A stretch of 64,000 nt of DNA from NCBI GenBank assembly GCA_951406725.2, contig OX597823.1, forward strand, positions 51,832,001-51,896,000. Direction: 5' to 3'. Shown in pieces: positions 52,446 through 64,000 of the stretch. The notes below the pieces were generated by a model. It searched no databases. It saw nothing but the letters and a program-made list of their open reading frames with translations, and had not been told where the DNA came from. Made by a program: the position numbers and the translations under genes. Positions within the stretch are counted from its first letter, which is position 1. Each line of letters starts with the position of its first letter. The stretch comes from Octopus vulgaris (taxonomy: Eukaryota).

Positions 52446-52599
52446 GTAAAGATTGTTTGCCAACATAACATGGCAGTCCTGATTTAGGACGAATGTTGCT
52501 GTAATTTAGCCTCAGGAGACATCGTCTCCAGCTAGCTAAATTACAGCAACATTCGTCCTAAATCAGGACTACTATGTTATTTTGGCGAGCAATCTTTAC
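52446..52599. repeat. Hairpin with 65-bp arms (inner 36 bp perfect)
   Basis: 52475-52510 is the exact reverse complement of 52535-52570; the outer 29 bp carry 5 differences. Confidence 0.92.
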
Positions 52600-52802
52600 A
52601 ACAAAATGTCTTATTTATCTGAAGATTAATGGCAGTGTCCAAATCTGTCTGGGTTTATTGATATTTAAATTACATATAATCTTATGAACGGACTATATTT
52701 TAGCCAAGGTGTTTTTAAACATACTGTTATATTTGGGGATGGCCATTATTTTTTTATAGCCAAATTACCACATGCACTATATATTCATTCTGCACCTCAG
52801 CT

Positions 52803-52850
52803 TTATTATCATTATCATTATTATTATTGTTATTATTATTATTATTATTA

Positions 52851-52925
<75 letters not shown>

Positions 52926-52927
52926 TA
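52803..52927. repeat. (ATT)n microsatellite
   Basis: Direct inspection. Confidence 0.95.
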
Positions 52928-54748
52928 GAGTCCTTTGTTTGAAATATTTCATCACACATTCTGTGGCCTCTTCAGCAACTCTCCATCCTACATGTTTAGT
53001 CCATTCTGTTTTTAAATAGTTGGTGAGAAATTTCAGTTGGTCTGAAAATGTTGATTCACACACAAATATTGCATCCAAATAATTCAGAACATGATTCAAG
53101 GTGAGCTTTGTTAAAAAATAAATGAATGAATATTTAAATAAATACTGATTATAAATAAAATAAAATTTCAATTTTATATTTCATAAAATTTTCTAGGAAA
53201 ATAGCATTTTTTTTTCTACAAAACGCTATATTAATTTACATAATTACTGCAAACGAATTATTTTTGCAATCATTAACATTTTCCAAAGTCAATTTTTTCT
53301 AAGTAAATAGAAAGTATCAGAAACATCAAATAAAAACAAAGCTTTCTATGCAAAATTTCCACAATTTAGGTAAAGAACTATTGAATATAAATTGGAGTTA
53401 ATATACAAACATTAATTTTTACCAATATGTGTATAGCAGGGCCATTGTTAGGAAAGTTAAACAAAAATATGGTTTAAAAAATTTTTAGAATTCCCATTAA
53501 GAATCACTGTATGATTATAAAGGTATGTTGAAATGATTTAGTTTTGACCAAACATCAATACTGGGACAATCTCTTCCAGATATACCCTGTTCTATTTATT
53601 TACTTTTTGGGGTAAAATCTAGGAATATAGGAAATATTTGTCTTGTCGCATCCATTTGTGACACACATGTCACACCACTTAATGAGAATTCTGAACAGAC
53701 AACTCACTAGCACTTTTTGAAAATTCAAAATCAATGTGAATATCAAGAAGATTTTAGTGATATTCTGGAGAAATTCAAAAGAATTAGCTGTTAATGTTTT
53801 CAGGTGTAAAGAGTTATTTTGTACAATGTTACATACATCATACTTTTTGATCCTTTACAAAAATTTTGACATACATTCTATGTAAAAAAAATTTGTTTGA
53901 TACTTGCAAATTTGTGTTTTAATTTCATTTGATGATGCAAATCTGTGAATTTTGCTGCTTTAATTAGTTGGCTGTTACAGACAGCCTACTAATTGATAAT
54001 CACTGGTATGTTCATTCTGCATAGTATAATGTTCAATCCAGTAGAAATAGCAGTCATTTGGTTGCTATTTCTATCACTTTACCATCTTTTTAAATGAAAG
54101 AGGGGAAAATACTACAAACCTTTGACAATGTAATCTTAGATGCATGATGCCTGGAAACAAAAACAAAAAAAAAACATTCAGGCAAGAATGCCTTTCTCTT
54201 TTGGTCTTCTTGATAAGGACTAATCTGTGGCTAAACAACATAAACTAACAGAGATTTGATATTTTAAAAACGAATTTAGGCTTGAAATTGATAAATGTTG
54301 TTATCAATCAATCAGCTACATTAATCAATTCCAAACCTAAATGAGTTGTCAAAATTTACTGCGAAAAATGAATTAATACAATTCTTGTAAATGTTTAAAA
54401 TTTACAGCTTAAATATTTCATAATTTGTGCCTCTGACTGTCACATAGAACACGTGATAGTAGACCAGAAATGAACACAGGCTCTGCTTCTTTGTTCTCAA
54501 ATGGTCATTATTACCAAAAATACTCAGTCCCTGTTCAGTGTTAAAACTGTATTAGTTAAAGGGTTCTCTCCCAGATGATCACAATAAGAAGCTTCTATTT
54601 CAAGTAGTTGCTCTTAATGGTACACAATATCCCTAAGGTAGTTACATTTGTTTGTGTGAAGGAGTAACCAATACTGATATATCTTACAAATTGTTCCTTA
54701 TGTTTTAAAATTAAACTGTTAACTCTATAAGACACTTGTAGTACGTTT

Positions 54749-54796
<48 letters not shown>

Positions 54797-54847
54797 TACT
54801 ATAATTAGTTTAACAACTATACCCCTAACATTCTAACATTATTTCTA

Positions 54848-55025
54848 ATTTTGGCACAAGGCCAGCAATTTTAGAGGAGAAGATAAGCTGACTCAATCAA
54901 ACCCAGAACTTGTTGGGTACTTTGTTACTGATCCTGAAAGAATGAGAATTTGAGTTCAGAATGTAAGGAACCAGAAGAAATGCTTATGTTGTCTAATGCA
55001 CTAAGAATTCTGCTAACTCACCACA
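54848..55025 (-). mobile_element. SINE family B, diverged
   Basis: ttggcacaaggccagcaatttt...gaatttgagttcagaatgt...aattctgctaactcacc. Confidence 0.65.
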
Positions 55026-55129
55026 TTTCTAATATGCTAATATATCTGAGACAACTATATTAATCAATTTCAAACCTAAATTATTTTTTAAAATATCAAA
55101 TCTGTGTCTGATAATGTTGTTTAGCCACA

Positions 55130-55636
55130 AAAAAGTAAAGTAAAAGTTTTCTTCTCAAGTTATACTGACTCATCAGGGCCAGTTTCCTAGTTTCATGGCA
55201 TATATATTCCCCACCTGGATAGGATGCTAGTGCATCACAGGGTTACTCATTTTTGCCAGCTGAGTGGACTGGAGTAATGTGAAATGAAGTGCTTCATTCA
55301 AGAACACAACGCGTTGCATGGTTTAGGAATTGAAACTGCAATCTTATGATCATGGGTACAACACTCTAACCACTAAATCATGCACTTCCACAAGTAAACT
55401 TACCTTCTCAAGTCACACCAACTCAGAAGGGCCAGTTTCCTGGTGTATATATTCCCTACCTAGATGGTACACTGGTTTGTTGCAAGATTACTCATTTTTG
55501 CCAACTGAGTGAAACGGATAAACAAGAAATAAAGTGTTTTACTCAAGAACATAACACATCGCCCAGTCCAGGAATCAAAACCACAATCTTACAATTACGA
55601 GTCCAACACCTTAATCACTGAGTGACCTGCCTCCAC
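55130..55636 (-). mobile_element. Two tandem SINE family D copies bounded by a 12-bp TSD
   Basis: TGTTTAGCCACA at 55118-55129 and 55637-55648; both copies match 44410-44665. Confidence 0.88.
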
Positions 55637-55837
55637 TGTTTAGCCACAGGTCATTCCTGATCAAGAAGACCAAAACAGAAAGGCATTTTTATCTATTCAT
55701 TTCTTTTTGTCAGGCATTATGCATCTAAGGTTATATTATCAAAGGTTTAAGGTATTTTTACTTCTTTTAAGATGGTAAAGTGAAAGAAAAGCAAACAAAT
55801 GGATGTTATTTCTTCTAAATTGACCATTATACTAGTT

Positions 55838-56156
55838 AAGGGTAAATACACCCTTCGGTCATGAATGACTATGGGATTGCACATATAAAGTTACCCTCCG
55901 AGGCACAAGTCTGGGCAAAGCTGTTTTATGGGAGACCAGCAGTTCCCCATGCATACCAGCCTCCCCTCTCCATGTCACCAATGTTATCCAAGAGAAAGGC
56001 AAAGGCTAGTACAGCTTGACACCACTGACATTGCAACTCATTTCTACAACTGAATGTCTTGCTCAAGATTACAACACATATCCCAGTCCAGGAATCAAAC
56101 TCGCTACCTCGCAATTGTGAGCCTGATTCTCTAAGCACTGAGCAATGCACCTTCAC
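55838..56156 (-). mobile_element. SINE family D long-tail variant with 9-bp TSD
   Basis: ATACTAGTT at 55829-55837 and 56160-56168; head tgctcagtgcttagag...gagtttgattcctgg on the minus strand. Confidence 0.88.
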
Positions 56157-56936
56157 ATCATACTAGTTGGTATGCTACATAAAATACCAGTGATTACCAA
56201 CTAGTATGCTGTTTGTGGCAGCCAACTGACTAAAGTGGCAAAATTCACAGATTTACATCCTTAACCAACAATCAATTTGCAACTTTCCAAAGATATTAAA
56301 AAACAAAAAACTTGTTAAGGTTCTTTAAAGTATATTAAATAGGAACATTATTGATTTAGAATTATAATGCGTGAAAGATATTGTTGAAATGAAATAATGG
56401 TCCAGAACATAGACAGAATCTGTTTAAAGCTACATCATGGACAAAACAATGATATTATGTGTAACTTACCCTCAGCAATATAAGTGTTAATCCATTGACA
56501 AAGTAAATATATTTGTGACAGCCAGTTTTATCGATCAAGATACTAGGCAGTTAGTGTTGCTGCTGATACAGCACATCTGAATCTGACAGAATTATTGGGC
56601 TTTGACACAGTGGGGAAATTGGTGACAGCTAGTTTTATTGACATAAAGATTAAGGGGTTGATGCAGTCACACATTTCTGCTTGCAGCATTATTAACACAG
56701 GGGTTGAGGTTTTGACACAGTGCAGCCGTTGTAGAAATCACCCTTATTGACCTAGGATTACAGTTATTGACATTGTTATATGTTTTTAGCCCTATGGTGT
56801 AGTCTTGAGCTAAACTGTCAGGTAAGCCACATCTAAAAACCTGGCTTCATTCACAGTTGGACACCTTTCTCATAGTGTGTTAATGCTTCTATGAAATGTA
56901 TTCTCAAAGGCAGTTTTTTTTCTTTTTTAATTTACT

Positions 56937-57164
56937 TTAACCTCTTAGTATTGAGATTATTCTGTCAAATATAAATCTTGTTTATTTGCATTGTTTTGAA
57001 TTAATCCTGCATTGTCTTGTAACTTTGAGATTTCGACGATGTGATTGTTTATTTCTAGAACAACTTTGTAGGGTACGTGTGATAGGCCAGATCTGAGTGT
57101 TTTGAACATGAAATGATTAGAGTATTTAGACCTGATAAGGCTAGTTTAAATGTTAAAGAGTTAA
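56937..57164. mobile_element. piggyBac-like MITE
   Basis: TTAA-cctcttagtatt ... aatgttaaagag-TTAA (decayed TTAA-CCCTTTAGCATT TIR); second partial copy at 32703. Confidence 0.7.
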
Positions 57165-58499
57165 ACAGAGTCTTAATTACAAATATCAACATAAATGGCA
57201 TTGCTTGATTCCCACATAGCTTGTTATCTGACCATTCTCTGAAATGAGATAAAATTTCACCTTGACTAACTGAAAACTTTATTCTTGCTTTATCAGTTTT
57301 ACATAGCATGGCTACAGCTAAATAAAACATCTGGTATGGAAATGATGTTATTACACCTGGTACTGCTCTTGTCAAACTCACAGTTGCACTGATGCACAAA
57401 AATCCAGTTAAACCTGATTTTTGAAAGGACAAGTAGCAACTTATTTACATGTTATATATTAATACTCAAATGGAAATACCTCTTCTTCATATTAGGAATC
57501 TATGCTAATTGATTTTAATAAATACTAAACCAACAAGTTTCCCTTAAATACATTCTGAGATCCTACAACTAGGTATGTACAAAGATTTGAACTTAGAATT
57601 TACATAACTGGTCAGTATATAGATTTAATTTTACTTTATTTGATCTCATTTTTAATTACTTTAAGATTAGTCATTTTTCTATTGCTTCCACAATGAAATA
57701 TTTTCATTATTGAGTATATAATAATACTTAAATTCACTTTTGTAGGAATGTCTATGAGAGAAGAGTACTGTAACTTGTACAACATCTTCTTTGCTTCCAC
57801 CCGATAGGAATCGAATAAGTAAATCATTAAATATTGAATTCAATGACATATAAAGTCACAGGCATATAAGACACCACATCCCCTTGATTTTAGCAATGAG
57901 GAATACTAGAATTTTCTTTTTTTTTTGTAGCAACCAAATATTTAATGTTCATGTATGGCATTATAACAGTAAAGAAACTTGCAGCTACAAGAATAGTTGG
58001 GAAAATCTTTTTAATTTATTACTACAATTTACAAGTGGAAACATGTAGTTTAGCTAAAGTAGAAGTAATTTATTACAATGAACTATCAGTAGAGATGAAA
58101 ATACAAGTAAATAACGAAATCTGACAAGGACAGTGATTTTCAGAGAAAATATCATGCATAAATGCAGTAATAAAACATGAGTAAAACAAAAGCATATTAC
58201 ATATTTTACATGAAATAAGTTACCAGTGTAGTTGAATATACAGTATGAAATCATACACGAGGAACATTGGGGACACTACATGATAAAAAATTAAAACAGA
58301 AAAATAAAGAAAATTCAGTTTTGCAAAAGCAGAAACCATTTTAGTGAAGAATATGATAGCAAACACTAAAACAAAATAAGACATTTCGTAAACATCAGTG
58401 ATCTTTGGTAAAAACTTGAAAACATTTTCAAGCTATTTTTTCAAAGCAGTTCCTTCCAAAATTATTTATCACATATGCTGTTATCTCTAGGTTCAAATC

Positions 58500-58855
58500 A
58501 TTATCATCATATAACGTCCATTTTCCATGCTGGCATGGGTTCAATGGTATGACAGGAGCTGGTAAGACTGGGAGCTGCACCAGGTTCCATTGTCTGTTAT
58601 GGTGCAGTTTCTAGAGCTGGATGCCTTTTCTAATGCCAACCACTTTACAGAGTGTACAGAGTGCCTTTTTATGAGGCCCCATCACTAGTGCTTTTTATGT
58701 AGCACCAGCACTGACAGGGTCACTGCACAACAAAAACCCCTCAACTGGGTGGGAGGAGTAATATCAAGGGGGTATGGCTTTTTGCCAGTTGAGAAATTTG
58801 AGATATAAAAGGGACAGATATAGGTGTCTTGCTGTAGAGTAGATTCATGGATATC
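58500..58855 (-). mobile_element. SINE-like family C
   Basis: atcatcat...aacgtccattttccatgctggcatggg...gctggatgccttttctaatgccaacc...gctttttatgt. Confidence 0.75.
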
Positions 58856-59115
58856 CCAGATGGAAATAACGTATTATTTTCAGTACCATCAAGAATATTA
58901 CTATTCACACGTTTCTTAAAAGCTTTCACAATTATTTCCATTCTTACATTTCTTAATATTTCTTACCCCATTCATACACACACATGTGGAAGAGTAGGTC
59001 ACTTCACGCTTTCTAGTGGTACAAAGTCATGCTTTGAATCAACCTTCCACATGTTTCAATATACTCACATGCAGTTTTTAAATGGCTTTTTTGATACATA
59101 CACATTAAAAGCAAA

Positions 59116-59491
59116 AGCATGGCTGTGTGGTAAGAAGTTTGATTCCCAACCACCTGATTCTGGGTTCAGGCCTACTACACGACACCTGGGGCAAGTGTCT
59201 TCTACTTTAACCTCAGACCAACCAAAGCCTTGTTAGTGGATTTAGTAGACAAAAACTGAAAGAAGCCCGTCATGTGTATGTATGTTTATCCCCCAAAACT
59301 ACTTGAGAGCATGAAAGGCAGACACTAGACATTGATGTAACTTAGCAGTTTGGTAAGAGAGGCCAATAGAATATGTACCAGGCTTAAAAAATAAAAGAGT
59401 GCTGAGGTTGATTCAATCGACTAAAATTCTTCAAGGTGGTGCCACAGCATGGCCACAGACTAATGACAGAAACAAGTAAAAAGTAAAAGAT
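59116..59491 (+). mobile_element. SINE family A inserted into the pogo fossil
   Basis: gcatggctgtgtggtaagaag...cagcatggccacag...gaaacaagtaaaaag. Confidence 0.85.
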
Positions 59492-59889
59492 GAAATTGGT
59501 TCAACAGATGGCCGAGAGTGGCAGTCACCTGATTTTTTAGTTCTCTCACCTTCAGTTTTGGGAGCCCTGAACTGATCCTAAACTAGAAGCAAAGGCTTTG
59601 TTTAAGAGTTCCCTAGGATGTTTTCTCCATATCAACCGTAAACATAAATTTATTTCAGCCAGGCTCATCCAGCCTCTCAAATGAACATAAACAAACACAT
59701 CATATGTCTTTTTTCTTGTGGCTGAGGTTTTTCTTCTCTGTCTTTTTTTATTTTATTTCAATTAATTATTAAAAAATATAATAGTAATTTTGTGCTGCAA
59801 ATACAGTATGTTAAAAGTACTGCATGAGTGCATTTTTTTCATGATCAGTGACCAATTTTTATTTTTCATTTTAATTATTATCATAATTA

Positions 59890-59961
<72 letters not shown>

Positions 59962-59974
59962 CATCATTATTTAA

Positions 59975-60186
59975 GACAATGAGCTGGCAGAATTGTTAGC
60001 ACACTGAATGGAATGCTTGGCAGTATTTTGCCCATTGCTACATTCTGAGTTCAAATTCTGCTGAGGTGGACTTTGCTTTACATCCTTTCAGGGTTGATAA
60101 ATTAAGTATCAGTGAAACACTGGGGTTAATGTAATCCACTAGTCTCCCCACGCAAAATTTCAGGCCTTTTGTCTTTAGCAGAAAAG

Positions 60187-60190
<4 letters not shown>
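59975..60190 (+). mobile_element. SINE family B with (ATT)n tail
   Basis: gagctggcagaattgttagc...ctgagttcaaattctg...catcctttcagggttgataaattaagt. Confidence 0.85.
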
Positions 60191-60221
<31 letters not shown>

Positions 60222-60222
<1 letters not shown>

Positions 60223-60760
60223 GAGTGAGTGAGAGTGCAATGCATGCCATCAAAGTGACCCTAGGGTACAAATATACAAGGTCCAGTATACCCATCATGA
60301 ATACCCATGGGATAAGAGTACACCTGGCACATGCATCACAACCATATGTACATGACATGGTGACTTTATATCAAGATAAACAGTTCATAACCTTGCAGGT
60401 GGGGTCCAGTTTCTTCAGGTCAAGTAGCTCAACCCACTCAAAAGATTCCTGAATGAAGGTTGCTTAAGGATGAGGAACAAAACATCCATATTTCCAAAGG
60501 TGAATTATTCAAACCCTAAATGCTATGATGTTCCCTGACTACTTTTGCACGTGATCAGAGATGCACATATCATCAACCACTAAGAGACATGCTCAACTGG
60601 TGAAGGTCAGGTAACTGATAAGCAAATATGTGGTATTGAGCAGAATATTTACTGCAGCCCATCTTTTTATTACAAGACAAAACATGTACATGATAGCACT
60701 TCCAACCAGTTACAAGCAGAAGCTATGAGAACCAGTGCCTGGTACTGCATCAGGGCATTT
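60222..60760 (-). mobile_element. Element E, longer copy, inside (ATT)n
   Basis: Aligns with 7858-8195; (ATT)n on both sides (60188-60221 and 60761-60930). Confidence 0.7.
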
Positions 60761-60761
60761 A

Positions 60762-60930
<169 letters not shown>

Positions 60931-60940
60931 CATCATCATT

Positions 60941-61263
60941 GTGGCACGTGAATAAAACATTTGAGCAAGGTCATTGCCAGTACCGCTGGACTGACTCCTG
61001 TGCAGGTGGCATGTGAAAAGCACCATTTTGAGTGTGGCTGTTGCTAGTGCCACCAGGCTGGCCCTCGTGCAGGTGGCATGTAAAAGCACCTACTACACTC
61101 TCGGAGTGGTTGGCATTAAGAAGGGCATCCAGCTGTAGAAACTCTGCCAGATCAGATTGGAGCCTGGTGTAGCCATCTGGTTCATCAGTCCTCAGTCAAA
61201 TCGTCCAACCCATGCTAGCATGGAAAGTGGACGTTAAAGGATGATGATGATATTGATGATGAT
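60941..61263 (+). mobile_element. SINE-like family C
   Basis: Three ggca(c/t)gt(g)aaa-type units, then ggagtggttggcattaagaagggcatccagctgtagaaac...(gat)n. Confidence 0.85.
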
Positions 61264-62314
61264 TTTGTTGCTATGGCTGTTGCAGCGTATTTTTGGCATT
61301 TATACTCTTGTTAGATGGTGCATTAAACATTACTGGAACTTCAGACATCTCTGATACAAACCTCACCTTTACAGGAATCAGTAACATTCACCTTCTGTCT
61401 CAACAAACCTGGAATCTCTGAATCATCAGCACCATCATAATTGAAGTCCAAACACTCATCACTGTTAATAATTCTTATCATTGTCTTCAAATAGTGCAAT
61501 CAAGGCATTACTAATTGCACATTAAGGAATTAGTAATACCCTTGATTTACTAATTAGTAATAATAATTAGTAATTCTCCTTATTTCTTCCCCTCAGTTAT
61601 CATTTTTGTACAAATACATTTCCCTGTATTTTTCTCCTTTTCCGTATTTTAACTCCTCCTCCTTCATTCTTACCTTTCCTCTCCCACCCTTCCTTCTCAA
61701 GTTCCAATCAGCATGGGATTGGACATGTAAGATCATGCTTATTTATTTACTTTTTTTTTCAGCAGGCTGTCACTGTTCTTCCTGCTTCCACCATTTCTTT
61801 CTCATTTTTGCATTAGGTAGTGTCCTAAAACCTTTCATTGTCACTCTGTTACTGTGTTCCTTAACAAAATTTACCACTTTTAGTTTGTAGATAAAGGTAT
61901 AGCTAAATGGCCCTCAAGCATTTTTGCCTACGGGACCTTTTCTTTTCAGGAATTTCAACCATGTTTCGTGGTCTGCTACCACAGCAGCTCCTTTATAGGA
62001 TCCAGTTTGCTCAAGACATCATCAGGAGGAACCACGTCCGGTTTCGGCCCCTACTCCTCTACCGTTTTGACATGGCAGGGCTCACCCCCTTTTGGAGGTG
62101 TCTTCAGCTCTGGTGTTGGTTGCATGTCTTCTTTTTTCTTCTTTCTTCTGTTCCCTGGCCTCTTCGATGAAACACGGTTGAAATTCCTTCCTTCTATTCA
62201 GCTGGACCATCTTAGCCATTTGATTTTTAAAAATCTTAATATATTTTTATAATTAAATATTATTAAAAACTGTATTTTAAAAAATTCTTAAAATATTTTA
62301 TGTATTGTAGAAGT

Positions 62315-62470
62315 AAAAGGGTAAAGAGCAAAGACCCCCTTCAGTCACGAATGACCATAGGATTGCACCTAGAAAGTTCCTCTCTGAGGCACAAGTCTGG
62401 ACAACCGGAGAAGGTTGTTTATGGAAGACCAGCAGCTGTCCATGCATACCAGCCTCCCTCCTCCACATCA
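62315..62470 (-). mobile_element. SINE family D long-tail variant, 3' half
   Basis: Matches 55838-55980. Confidence 0.75.
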
Positions 62471-62720
62471 CCAGTGGCATGTAAACAGCACCAACTGATC
62501 GTGGCCGTTGCCAGCCTTCCCTGGCATCTATGCCAGTGGCACATAAAAAGCGCCCACTACACTCACAGAGTGATTGGCGTTAGGAAGGGCATCCAGCTAA
62601 AAAAACACTGCCAGATCAGACTGGAGCCTGGTGCAGCCTCCTGGCTTCCAAGATCCCAGTCAAACTGTCCAACCCATGCTAGCATAGAAAATGGACGTTA
62701 AACGATGATGATGATGATGA
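62470..62720 (+). mobile_element. SINE-like family C
   Basis: Matches 1290-1541. Confidence 0.85.
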
Positions 62721-62929
62721 ATAATATGCATATATGAGCTCGGAAACCATTACTGCTTAACTGATATCTCATGTTTTCCTTGTTTGCAGGGAATCCAAGA
62801 CCAACTTATCTAATGTGTGCATTTAGAAAGTGTTGCATATTTTGAGGGAGATTTAGCTACTATTTACTAACAGGCCAAACACCCACAGAGAAGCTCTCTT
62901 TTATAGTAATAATAAGAATGAGTTGGGAT

Positions 62930-64000
62930 TATAGTAGCAGTAGTAGATATACTAATAATGGTCATTCCTGGTACCTGTAGCAATGGTGCAAGACTAGGTG
63001 TTGCAATGGCAACAAACAACAACTCAATGAAGGTGGTAGTAACCAGTGATGCCAGCGGTTAGGATGGAGATGCACACGACGGCATGATGGCACAATGGTG
63101 GTGACAGTAGCTAGTGGAACTGGAGGTTGTAGTGGAAATGTATACAAAGGGGTTTGTAGTGGCTAATGGTGAAAATGTATGACTGTAGGGGCTACAATGA
63201 CAAGGAATACAATAGCAGTGTTGTACTTGATGGTTGTAGTGGTAATAGTACTTGCGGTTGCAGTGTCTAGAGAGGTGGCGATGGGATTAGTAACATCAGC
63301 AATGGTAAGGAATGGTAGTGGTGGTGATGGCGATGATGGCAATGGTGGTGGTGTTAGTATTCCTGGTGTTAGTATAGCTGTTTTTGATGGTGCCGTTAAT
63401 TAGTGGCCACAGAGGTAGCAGTGGTGGTGGTGGTGGTGGTGGTGGTAGTGGCGATGGTGGTGGTGGTAATGGTGATTCTTGCTGTTTTATCATAACTACT
63501 GTTTGATGATCACAAGTAATGATGGTGGTGGTAGGAGGTGTTAGCTGAAAAATAAATAGTGATGCTGTTGGTGCTAGCAGATAAATGGTAAGATTGGTGG
63601 TAGGCAGCAGAGGCAGTGATGTTGGTGATGGTGATAATAATATTCATATTATGTTTGTTGTGATAACTAATGTTTGCTGGTTGTAGTGAAGATGTTAGCA
63701 GGTGATGGCGATGACGGTGTCGATGTGGGGTTGAAGAAGGTGACGGTGTTAGCAGCTGATGGTGGTGGTCATGGAAAGGTTGGGGTTTGTGGTGTTGCTG
63801 ATGTGTTTGTTGCAAAACTAATGTCTGGTGGGGAGCTGTAGATGAGGTTAGTAAGAGTGGTATTCTAATTGAAAATATCAAAGTGATGAAAGATGAAATG
63901 GAATCAGATGCAAAACAAAGCAGGGCAAAGAAAGATTGGCTATTATTGTTTCTGTTGTTGTTGTTGTTGTTGTGGCTGTATGTAGCAATGTTGTTGTTGT
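62930..64000. repeat. Degenerate (GGT/GTA/TGA)n low-complexity region
   Basis: G/T-rich triplet periodicity throughout. Confidence 0.7.

Larger units (their letters stand above)
53937..56257. repeat. Inverted duplication with ~350-bp arms; right arm split by SINE insertions
   Basis: Left arm 53937-54292 pairs with 55063-55129 + 55637-55837 + 56160-56257 (e.g. aatctgtgaattttgc/gcaaaattcacagatt; ttttggtcttcttgat/atcaagaagaccaaaa). Confidence 0.85.

Noticed and set aside
55150-55200. Minus-strand ggccCTGATGAgtcag in the SINE D tail as a ribozyme
   Set aside because: Other D copies read tttatgag or cccatgag, and no GAAA follows

Overview
AT-rich eukaryotic non-coding DNA, dense in (TA)n/(CA)n/(TATG)n/(ATT)n microsatellites and transposable-element debris. 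The repeat landscape looks like an octopus/cephalopod genome (inference from recalled repeat types, not a database match). I cannot support any intact host protein-coding gene, tRNA or rRNA. Almost all ORFs in the track are microsatellite or SINE read-throughs. Identifiable content: (i) many copies of four SINE-like families (my labels A-D) and an (ATT)n-flanked element E; (ii) decayed transposon proteins: three mariner remnants, a fragmented pogo (BrkDBD+DDE) transposase, an RTE LINE RT region, a CR1-type 3' end and a Penelope GIY-YIG endonuclease; (iii) piggyBac-, pogo-, hAT- and Helitron-like non-autonomous elements. The most interesting signal is a set of eight minimal type I hammerhead-ribozyme-like motifs from about five sequence families, most with a palindromic stem III. 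One lies just 3' of the Penelope endonuclease, two form an inverted pair, and two form a direct-repeat pair about 1.4 kb apart. Also notable are a trimeric SINE bounded by one 16-bp TSD, a 65-bp-arm hairpin and a ~350-bp-arm inverted duplication. All alignments and folds were done by eye; boundaries are approximate (about 10-20 bp).
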